This document shows, in pieces, positions 54,447 through 62,204 of a DNA stretch of 64,000 nt; position 1 is the stretch's first letter; each line of letters opens with the position of its first letter. Location of the stretch: positions 4,608,001 through 4,672,000 of the forward strand of contig OZ245006.1 of NCBI GenBank assembly GCA_965223545.1, written 5' to 3'. This DNA comes from Planctomycetota bacterium. Its GTDB lineage: Bacteria; Planctomycetota; UBA1135; UBA2386. The notes under the pieces were generated by a model. It did not search any database, had not been told where the DNA came from, and saw nothing but the letters and a program-made list of their open reading frames with translations. The position numbers and the translations under genes were made by a program.

Positions 54447-55400
54447 CTAGCGAAACGTGCGGCGATACGCGGTTGGTGAAGTGCCAACCACGCGCTTGAA
54501 GTGCAGGCGCATGATCTGGGCGTCGCCGAAGCCGGCGCGCTGCGCGATGCCGTCCAGCGAGATCGACGTCGTCTCCAGGAGATCCTGCACGACGCGCACG
54601 CGCTCGCGCTGCAGCCAGCGGTGCGGCGTGGTGCCGGTGACCTCCCCGAACCGCCGCGCGAACGTCCGGGCCGACATCTTGGCCTGGCGCGCCATGCTGG
54701 CGACCGTGTGCTTGGCGCGGAGGTCGGCGCGCAGCCGGTCGAGCAGGGCGGCAAACGCCAAGTTGCTGCCTTCGGTTGCGATCGGCGCGTCCACGAACTG
54801 TTTCTGCCCGCCGTCGCGGTGCGGAGGCACGACGAGCCGGCGGGCGACCGTGTTGGCGACCGACGCGCCGAAGTCGCGCCGGATCAGGTGCAGGCCCATG
54901 TCGACACCGGCCGCGCTCCCGGCGGAGGTCAGCAGGTTGCCCTCGTCGACGTAGAGCACGTCGCGGTCGACACGCACTGCCGGATAGCGCCGCGCCAGGG
55001 CATCCGCGTACTTCCAGTGGGTCGTTGCCCGCTTGCCGTCGAGCAGGCCGGCATCCGCCAGGACGAACGCGCCGGAACACACCGACAGAATCCGCGCGCG
55101 CTCGGCGTGCGCGCGGCGCAGCTTGCGGCAGAGCAGTGCGGGCACGGGTTGGCCGAGGCCGCGCCACCCCGGCACGATGATCGTGCCCGCGGTGTCGAGC
55201 AGGCGGAGCGAGTGCGGCGCCTCGACGGTCACGCCGCCGGTGGCGCGCAACGGTCCGCGCTCGACGCCGGCGACGCGCAGTCGGTACCACCGTTCGAACT
55301 CCGGGCGCGGCAATCCGAACAGCTCGATCGCGATCCCGAACTCGAAGGTGCACAGCCCGTCGTAGGCCAGCACGACCGTGTCCAGGGGGTCACGCGGCAT
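54447..55400 (-). CDS. ftrA: AraC/GlxA-family regulator (DJ-1/PfpI + HTH), FtrA-like
   Basis: AYDGLCTFEFG, SVCSGAF, ATTHW, TSAGSAAG, HRDGGQKQF, AraC HTH; divergent from a rhodanese gene. Confidence 0.85.
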   Translation of the reverse strand: MPRDPLDTVVLAYDGLCTFEFGIAIELFGLPRPEFERWYRLRVAGVERGPLRATGGVTVEAPHSLRLLDTAGTIIVPGWRGLGQPVPALLCRKLRRAHAERARILSVCSGAFVLADAGLLDGKRATTHWKYADALARRYPAVRVDRDVLYVDEGNLLTSAGSAAGVDMGLHLIRRDFGASVANTVARRLVVPPHRDGGQKQFVDAPIATEGSNLAFAALLDRLRADLRAKHTVASMARQAKMSARTFARRFGEVTGTTPHRWLQRERVRVVQDLLETTSISLDGIAQRAGFGDAQIMRLHFKRVVGTSPTAYRRTFR

Positions 55401-55518
55401 GGCAGGATCTTATTGGAAGTTGTCGTTTCTGCCAGCAGCGGCCTGCCGCCCGAATCCGCATCATCCAGGCATCGCGGGCGGAGTCTCGCCGCGCGTGCAC
55501 CAACCGAAAGGAACCCAG

Positions 55519-55965
55519 ATGCAGATCCAGCGGAAGAACCGCGTCACCGAAACCCCCACACGTCCCCCGCAAGAGGCGCGCGCTCACTTCGCGGCCAAGC
55601 TCGCCCACGAGACCGACTGCGCGGACGTGCGCGCCGGCCTCGCGCTCGACGAGCCCGGCTTCGTCTTGGTCGACGTGCGGTCGCGCGACGCGTTCGACCG
55701 CGGCCACGTGCCTGGGGCGGTGCACATCCCTCTCGCCACGTTGACCGAAGAGCGGCTCGCGCAGTACCCCGCGGACCTACTGTTCGTCGTCTACTGCGCC
55801 GGGCCGCACTGCAACGCCTCGACGCGCGCGGCAGGGCGCTTGGCCGGCCTCGGTCGGCCGGTCAAGGAGATGATCGGGGGGACCACGGGCTGGCTCGATG
55901 AGGGGTTCGCGCTGGCGACGGCTACGTCAGCGGCTGTGAGTCCGGGCTCAACGCCAAGAACTTGA
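55519..55965 (+). CDS. Rhodanese-like domain protein
   Basis: HFAAKLAHETDC, LVDVRS, GHVPGA, VVYCAGPHCN, EMIGG. Confidence 0.9.
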   Translation: MQIQRKNRVTETPTRPPQEARAHFAAKLAHETDCADVRAGLALDEPGFVLVDVRSRDAFDRGHVPGAVHIPLATLTEERLAQYPADLLFVVYCAGPHCNASTRAAGRLAGLGRPVKEMIGGTTGWLDEGFALATATSAAVSPGSTPRT

Positions 55966-56731
55966 CGCGCATCAGGCGCGGGACGGCGGCGTGGTTGGGC
56001 GCCGCGCTGTGCACGATGCCGAGGCTGCAGAACACCGCGTCTCCCGGCGAGCCCGTGAGCTCCACGGCTTGACTATCGATGCCGTCGATGTCGGTCCGGC
56101 GCTTCGCGAACGTCGTGACCCGTTCGTCGCCGCCCATCCCAGCTCCGTCCTGCAGGACTCGAAGCCACGGATGGCTCTTGAAGAACATCTTGCGGTGCGC
56201 CTTGTGTGGCCGAGCGCGCTCTTCCTCGGACAGAGAGTCGTAGAACCGTGCCACCAAGTCGTGGGAGCGGTGGAGGATGTAGGTCCCGCCGCCGCCCGGC
56301 TCGACTTCGGAAAAGAAAGAGAAGACCAGCAACCCATCGCCGCGCGGGTTGCCATCCCAGTGCCAGTCCCCCGACGGCACGCTCGGCGCCGGCGTGCGGG
56401 CATTCGGGAACGTCACCAAGAAGCCGCCCCAGTTGCTGGGCCGCGACCAGTCGTCCCGTCCGAGCAGGTCGCTGATCGCGCCGGTGAAGCGCGGGCCGAT
56501 GAGGTCGTCGTTGAGCGGGGCGCACTTGGCGCGGCGCAGGCCGTGTCGCGGCTGCCGCCACGTCGCGACGTCCTCGCGGTCGATGCCGTGGTCGGTGTGG
56601 AGCTCGTCCCACAACGCCGCCTGCATGCGCAGCGTGGGCTCGGGTGGCATGGCTTGGGGCACCCGCAAGAACCCTCGGCTGCGGAACGCCGCGATCTGCT
56701 CCGCGGTCAGGACTCGTGGACTACCGCCCAT
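55922..56731 (-). CDS. Phytanoyl-CoA dioxygenase (PhyH) family Fe(II)/2OG enzyme
   Basis: LTAEQIAAFRSRGFL, WHWDG (HxD), GGGT, GSPGDAVF, VHSAAPN, PRLM. Confidence 0.85.
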   Translation of the reverse strand: MGGSPRVLTAEQIAAFRSRGFLRVPQAMPPEPTLRMQAALWDELHTDHGIDREDVATWRQPRHGLRRAKCAPLNDDLIGPRFTGAISDLLGRDDWSRPSNWGGFLVTFPNARTPAPSVPSGDWHWDGNPRGDGLLVFSFFSEVEPGGGGTYILHRSHDLVARFYDSLSEEERARPHKAHRKMFFKSHPWLRVLQDGAGMGGDERVTTFAKRRTDIDGIDSQAVELTGSPGDAVFCSLGIVHSAAPNHAAVPRLMRVKFLALSPDSQPLT

Positions 56732-57962
56732 GCTCGCCGAGCATCGCCGAAACTTCGGTCTGTCCGGCGAACGCGGCCCAGCCGGCGGCGGTGCCATCGT
56801 GCAGCGCGTCGCGGATCTCGCGGTCCGCGCCTCGATCGAGCAGCAGCGCGACGGCGTCGGCGTTGCCGAACTGCGCCGCGAGGTGCAGCGCGGTCGCACC
56901 CCCACCGTGCTCGGCGCCGCCGAAGTCGTGGGCCAAGTTGACGTCGGCGCCGTGATCGATGAGCCAACGCATCGTTGCCAACTGCCCCGCGTAGGTCGCC
57001 CACAGCAGCGCCGTGCCCCGGTACGGGTTCGCGTTGACGTCGGCGCCGCGCCGCACCAGGCGCTCCAGGCACTCGATTTGGCCGCAGCGCGCCGCCCAGC
57101 CGAGCGCTTCGTCGAGGATCTGTCGCGGATCGTCGTTCGGCTCCCACGCCGGGAACAGAAACAGCGGACGATAGAATGCGCGACCGTCGCCGGCGCCGGC
57201 CCGCAGCGCGCCGTCGGCTTCGAACCAGCCGTCGACCGCCTCTGCGTCGCCGAGGGCTGCCACGGTGCGCAGGTTGTGCGGCTCGGGGCCGCCGCGCGCG
57301 AGGACCTTGGCGGTCTCGAGGTGCGCATAGAACAGCGCGTAGGCGAGCGGCGTGGCGCCGTCCGTCTGCCAGGCCTCGGCGGACGGATCGGCGCCAGCGT
57401 CCAGCAGCGTCGCGGCTAGCGCGCCGTTGCCACTGAAGCCCGCGCTGTGCAGCGCCGTCCAGCCGTGATCGGCGGCGGCGGACGGGTCGGCGCCCGCTGC
57501 CAGCAAGTCGCCGACGACCGCAAGCCCCGCCGGCGCCGGTCGGCTCGGAATCGCGTGGTCGCTGGTCGCCGCGCGGCTGGCGACGGTGAGCAGTCGGTGA
57601 CCGTGCGTGCCGCGCTCGTCGAGCACCTCGGGATGCGCCGCGAGCAAACGCCGGACCGTGTCCCGGTCGCCGCTCCGCGCCGCCGCCGCTGCCGACCACA
57701 GCGTAGACCGCGCGCGACCGCTGTCTGCGTCGCGCGCGGTGCCGGCCAACTCGGTCCACGACTCGGCACCGTGTTCGGCGGCGATCACCGCGCGCGCCTG
57801 GCCGAGGTCGAGCACGTCCGATCCTCGGGTCGCCGGAGCGGCGGCGTGGATTGCGCTCCACCACACCGATGGCGCGCGCGGGGCATCGCGCACCAGCCGT
57901 GCCGCGCGCTGTTCGAGCGCGGCTTCGTTTGCGTCGGTCAGCGTCGTCGGCGCGTTCAGCAC
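56721..57962 (-). CDS. Ankyrin-repeat protein
   Basis: GWTALHSA, GATPLAYA, GTALLWA, GATALHLAA, GADVN; N-terminal AEHGAESW motif. Confidence 0.88.
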   Translation of the reverse strand: MLNAPTTLTDANEAALEQRAARLVRDAPRAPSVWWSAIHAAAPATRGSDVLDLGQARAVIAAEHGAESWTELAGTARDADSGRARSTLWSAAAAARSGDRDTVRRLLAAHPEVLDERGTHGHRLLTVASRAATSDHAIPSRPAPAGLAVVGDLLAAGADPSAAADHGWTALHSAGFSGNGALAATLLDAGADPSAEAWQTDGATPLAYALFYAHLETAKVLARGGPEPHNLRTVAALGDAEAVDGWFEADGALRAGAGDGRAFYRPLFLFPAWEPNDDPRQILDEALGWAARCGQIECLERLVRRGADVNANPYRGTALLWATYAGQLATMRWLIDHGADVNLAHDFGGAEHGGGATALHLAAQFGNADAVALLLDRGADREIRDALHDGTAAGWAAFAGQTEVSAMLGEHGR

Positions 57963-57994
57963 GAGCCGGTCCGTGATGCCGACATCGGCGGCGG

Positions 57995-60151
57995 TCAGGC
58001 GGTCTTGGCCGTGGCCAGCGGCCGGGTCGGCTGCGGTGCGACCTCCGGCGACTCACCGAGCTCGAAGCGCGGGCGCTCGGCGCGCGCCTTGGCGAGCGTG
58101 CGGTGCATCACCTTGTTGCGCGCCATCTCGACCAGCGAGCGTTTGCCGGTGAGGACGCTGGCCACGCGTCGCACCCAGCTCTTGCCCGGCAGGGAGACCG
58201 TGTCGGCGCGCGGCGGCGCGGGACGTCCTTCGGTGATGCTGCCGCCCGGAAAGACCTTCGGGAAGGCGCGGTAGCCGTAGCGCGGATCGGTCGCCAGCGC
58301 CAGATACCGGTCGCCCCGCTGCAGCATGAGCATGTCGTCGCAGAACTCCTTCAAGATCGCCCGCACCTGGTCGGCGTCGGCTTCGCTCTCGAAGTGGCGG
58401 ACGATGTCGCGCTCACCGCGGATCTTCCAGCAGAACTCGTAGACCTTGCGCTTGACGCCGGTGAGCTTGCGGTGGAACCGCTTGGTGCCCGGGCGCGTAT
58501 CGAGCAGCATCAAGTTGCCGCTGCGGGGCACCGCGATGAAGTGCGCCCGGCCCCACGCTCCCTTCCAGCCCTGCACCAGCTTGCGCAGGCGTTGGTAGGG
58601 CTCGCCGCGTTCCTTCTCGGAGAAGTGGTCGCACTCGAAGAAGAACGCCAGGTTGTTCAGCGCCTCCTCGGCGAAGGGGTAGACGTAGCCGTAGGCCTTG
58701 GACGGGCGGATGCCGGTCAGTCCCCACTCTTCGGGGGACGTGTGGTACGGCGCGAAGCGCTCGAGGTAGAGCACCGAGGTGCCCGACGGCGGCTGCAGGT
58801 GCGCGAGTGCGCGCGCGGTGCGCTCGTGGTCGGCGATCTCGCTGTCGTCCTCGCCCGGGAACCCGTACAGCCAGTTCCACGTGATGCGCACGCCGGACTC
58901 GGTGCAGTTCTTGAGCAGCTGCACGTTCTGCAGCTGCGTGCTGCCCTTGCGCATCAGCTTGAGTGACAGGTCGCTCAGGCTCTCGATGCCCGGCTGGATC
59001 CAACGGATGCCGGCGTCGGCCATCATCCGCACCTGATCGCGCGCCAGGTTGGCCTTGGTCTCCCAGAAGAACTCGGCCTTGGAGCCGCTGGCCAGGGCCG
59101 GCACCAGCGACTTGAAGTAGGCCATGTCGAGGATGTTGTCGGTGAGCTCCATCCGGGTCAGGCCGAACTTCTCGATCTGCGCGGAGATCTCCGCGAGCGC
59201 GCGCTCGGGCTGCTTGCTGCGGAACACCATGCCCTCGCGGTTGAAGGCGCAGAACGTGCAGTGCTGTTTGGCGCCCCACCAGCAGCCGCGCGACGTCTCG
59301 GCCACCAGGCCCGGCACGACCTGCTTGGCCACCTCGAGTCCGTTCAGCTGCTCGAAGTAGTCATCCAGATCGGCGTGCGGTTGCGCGTCGAGGTCGGGGC
59401 CGTGCAGGGGGCGGCTGGGCGGGGTCTCGGTTGCCGCCTTCGCCAAGAAACCGTCGACCCCACTGCCGTCGCCGCCGCTCTTGAGGTTGCGGACCAGCTC
59501 GACGATGGTCTTGTCGCACTCCCCGCGCCCGACGAAATCGATCTCGGGGTAGAGCTTGCGAATCTCGGCGCCCATCTCGGCTTCACAGTTGGCGCCACCC
59601 ATCATGGTCAGCACCTCGGGGGCGGCGCGCTTGACCGCGCGCAGCAGCGTCACCGACGAGCAGTTGGCTTGGAAGGTCGAGCTCATGCCCACCAACCAGG
59701 GGTTGCGCGCCAACATCTCCGGCACGGCGTCTTCGTCGACGAAAGCCCGCGCCTGATCGACCAGTCCGCGCAGGCCGTCGAAGGCGGTGGCGCTCTTGGT
59801 CCAGTGCTTGAACCCTTCCTCGACCTGGGTGCCCGCGATGACCTCGTCGCAGTAGCGGCGCAGGTCGTCGTCAGTCCGATCGTGTCCGATCTGCGAGAAG
59901 ATCAGGTCACCGAGCAGATACGGTCCGGTGCCGCTGAGCCACTCGTACAGCATCGTGCCGATGCGTTGCGCGAAGCGCAGGTTGAGATACAGGACTTCCG
60001 AGTGGAAGCCCGCAGCCAGCAAGTTGGCCTTCAGCTGGCTGACGCCAAGAGCGGGACACCCGAGTCCATGGTACGGGGGTACCACGAGGAGCGCGGTGGA
60101 CTCTCCGTGCGAACTGGTACGCGACTCGACCTCGGAAGGCGCTGTGGTCAT
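57995..60151 (-). CDS. RiPP-maturation-type B12-binding radical SAM protein (rSAM_ocin_1-like)
   Basis: PALGVSQLKA, MGGANCE, ETSRGCWWGAKQHCTFC (Cx7Cx2C), DNILD, ETKANL, IQPGIES, HLQPP. Confidence 0.88.
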   Translation of the reverse strand: MTTAPSEVESRTSSHGESTALLVVPPYHGLGCPALGVSQLKANLLAAGFHSEVLYLNLRFAQRIGTMLYEWLSGTGPYLLGDLIFSQIGHDRTDDDLRRYCDEVIAGTQVEEGFKHWTKSATAFDGLRGLVDQARAFVDEDAVPEMLARNPWLVGMSSTFQANCSSVTLLRAVKRAAPEVLTMMGGANCEAEMGAEIRKLYPEIDFVGRGECDKTIVELVRNLKSGGDGSGVDGFLAKAATETPPSRPLHGPDLDAQPHADLDDYFEQLNGLEVAKQVVPGLVAETSRGCWWGAKQHCTFCAFNREGMVFRSKQPERALAEISAQIEKFGLTRMELTDNILDMAYFKSLVPALASGSKAEFFWETKANLARDQVRMMADAGIRWIQPGIESLSDLSLKLMRKGSTQLQNVQLLKNCTESGVRITWNWLYGFPGEDDSEIADHERTARALAHLQPPSGTSVLYLERFAPYHTSPEEWGLTGIRPSKAYGYVYPFAEEALNNLAFFFECDHFSEKERGEPYQRLRKLVQGWKGAWGRAHFIAVPRSGNLMLLDTRPGTKRFHRKLTGVKRKVYEFCWKIRGERDIVRHFESEADADQVRAILKEFCDDMLMLQRGDRYLALATDPRYGYRAFPKVFPGGSITEGRPAPPRADTVSLPGKSWVRRVASVLTGKRSLVEMARNKVMHRTLAKARAERPRFELGESPEVAPQPTRPLATAKTA

Positions 60152-60453
60152 GGGCAGTGTCTAACTCAGGGGTGAGATGAGGAGCCGCAGCATCGATGCG
60201 GAGGCGCCGTCCCGCGCGGTGCGCAGGGGGCAGTGGCGCCAACACTCTCGCGCGCGGGAGGGTTGTCTGGCGGATCCTACCATGCGGCCGGCGATGCGGC
60301 CTGCAGGGCTCACCGAAGGCTATCCGATTTCGGCGCCCCGGGGGTCGCGCGGCGGCCGATTCCGCCGACCGCTCCTTGCCATCGAGGAATGCGCGATGGC
60401 CTTCCCGGCCGCCGTGGAGAGCACCTCGGCGCCCCCCGGCGGCGCGGCGAACA

Positions 60454-60852
60454 TCAGTGGCTGGGCGAGGTCGCCGTGGTCGCGGCGAGCTTCTCGATCG
60501 CACCCTCGATGTCGCTGGCCATCTCGAAGTAGGGCGTCAGGCGCATCATTTCGAGCATCCGCTGGAACACCGGGAGCAGCCCGGCCAGCGCGAGCTGGCC
60601 GCCGTGTTCGACCACCTGTTCCCGCACGCGGATCAGGAGCTCGACGCCGCATGAGTCCATCACCTCGACTTCGGTCAGGTCGAGCACGATTCCGCTCAGC
60701 CCCTTCGCGGTCGATTGTTGGACCTGGGCGCGGATCAACTCCTTCAGGCTGTCCGCGACGTAGAAGTTGACCGCGCGGTCGAGCACGCGCAGCACGGCGA
60801 GTTGCTTGTCGGGAACCTCTGTGAGGTGGATGCCGCGCGAGTTCGTTGCCAT
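60454..60852 (-). CDS. STAS domain anti-sigma factor antagonist
   Basis: IVLDLTEVEVMDSCGV (phosphoacceptor Ser), GGQLAL, MLEMMRL. Confidence 0.88.
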   Translation of the reverse strand: MATNSRGIHLTEVPDKQLAVLRVLDRAVNFYVADSLKELIRAQVQQSTAKGLSGIVLDLTEVEVMDSCGVELLIRVREQVVEHGGQLALAGLLPVFQRMLEMMRLTPYFEMASDIEGAIEKLAATTATSPSH

Positions 60853-60912
60853 CGGTGCTCTGCCCTAACCTGCCGTAGATGGCCATCGGTTCGCGGTTGC
60901 CCAGAACATGAG

Positions 60913-60956
60913 AAAACTCGAGGCCCGCCGTGCATTTGCGCGGCGGGCCTCGAGTT
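60913..60956 (-). terminator. Rho-independent terminator
   Basis: AACTCGAGGCCCGCCG...CGGCGGGCCTCGAGTT 16-bp stem ending in a T run on the minus strand, just after the 60999 stop. Confidence 0.8.
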
Positions 60957-60998
60957 GGTCCGGGCGTAGGGCGCGGCTACGGCGCGCCGTGGCATCGC

Positions 60999-61904
60999 TC
61001 AGAGCAAGCGGGTCGAAGCGTAGGGGACGCTCCAGTTGGCGAGCGTCGTGCTGACCGGGATGAAGGGCGGCAGCATGGCGTCGATCTTGATCAGGCCGCG
61101 CATCGCGCCGCGGTGGAAGATCAGGTTGCCCGAGCGGCCCCAAGTGGTGGTGGCGTTGATATCGGGCTGGGCGGTGGTCCAGTTGGCGTCCAGCTTCTGC
61201 TCGTTGGCGTAGAAGGAGAAGCTGAGGTTGGCGTACATCAGGAGGCTGATGACGGTGGCGCTGGCGCTGCCGTTGCCGGAGACCGCGGCCTCGCCGTTGA
61301 AGCGGACCTTCGCTTTGCACGGGTCGAAGGTGCCGTCGAGTGCCGCGCGGACGCGGCCGTAGGCGCGGCCGCTGAGCAGGGCGACGCCGGCGCCGACGGG
61401 CACCGTCAGAGTGGGCGTCATGAAGCGGAGGCGGATCGTGCTGCGGCCGCTGAAGCCGGTGCTGAACGAGCTGTTCCACAGCACCGAGTTGCCGACCCGC
61501 AAGTAGACGCTGCCCGAGGAGTAGCAGGAGGTGCCCATGAGCCGGCCGAGGGTGCTCGTCTTGACGGTGCCGACGGCGGCGAGGTTCATGCGGAAGTCGC
61601 CGGCGCGGCCGGAGCTGCCGAGGAAGCGGAGGTCGGCGACGGCGCGGGTGCTGCCACTGGCGGCGAGGGTGGTCTCCCAGTAGGGCGCGGTGACGATCCA
61701 GCCCGAGCCGGAGCTGGGCACGTATCGCGTGCTCTTGCCGGCGGCGATGTAGCCGGTGCCGTAGGTGTAGACGCCGGCGTCGCTGTCGCCGAACGACTTC
61801 GAGTAGGTGCGGGTCAGGGACATGTTCTGGGCGTGGCCGGCGCTGGCCAGGGTCAGCAGGGCGGCGGCGACGGGGGCGAACAGGGCGGCGGTGGTGGTCT
61901 GCAT
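60999..61904 (-). CDS. Secreted beta-rich protein, candidate LLTP beta-sheet (DUF1943-like) subunit
   Basis: Signal peptide (ASAGHA-Q); alternating beta-strand pattern; TYSKSFG, ADLRFLG, SVYLRVG, TVPVG segments. Confidence 0.6.
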   Translation of the reverse strand: MQTTTAALFAPVAAALLTLASAGHAQNMSLTRTYSKSFGDSDAGVYTYGTGYIAAGKSTRYVPSSGSGWIVTAPYWETTLAASGSTRAVADLRFLGSSGRAGDFRMNLAAVGTVKTSTLGRLMGTSCYSSGSVYLRVGNSVLWNSSFSTGFSGRSTIRLRFMTPTLTVPVGAGVALLSGRAYGRVRAALDGTFDPCKAKVRFNGEAAVSGNGSASATVISLLMYANLSFSFYANEQKLDANWTTAQPDINATTTWGRSGNLIFHRGAMRGLIKIDAMLPPFIPVSTTLANWSVPYASTRLL

Positions 61905-62000
61905 CGTTCACTTCCTGGGTTTCGAGCCGGCGTTTGGCGACGTTGCCCGCCGGCACAAGACGGAACGCCGCGCCGCGCGCGATCGACCGGCCGCGCCGCC

Positions 62001-62033
62001 AAAAAAGAGGCGCGACGGCGAGCGCGCCGTCGC
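62001..62033 (-). terminator. Possible terminator or attenuator hairpin
   Basis: GCGACGGCG-N4-CGCCGTCGC stem followed after 5 nt by T6 on the minus strand. Confidence 0.45.
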
Positions 62034-62204
62034 AGGTCCGGTTGACCACCGAATCCGGCGGCGCCGTTCTTGCCGAACGGCGGCGCGGCTCAGCGGTGGT
62101 GACCGCGAGCCGCGCAAGGGGCGCCGAAACCGCGATCGCGCGGTGGCTGCCTCATGAGAGCGCGCGCAGGGCGCGCGCTCTCGTGCAAGAGAATGGCGCG
62201 GACG

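Noticed and set aside
54447..55965. FtrA-like regulator and rhodanese divergent pair
   Set aside because: Common conserved arrangement; nothing unusual seen.
62153..62185. GAGAGCGCGCGC-AGG-GCGCGCGCTCTC hairpin as a possible ncRNA
   Set aside because: Single stem just after a stop codon with no other structure; more likely an mRNA stability or termination element.
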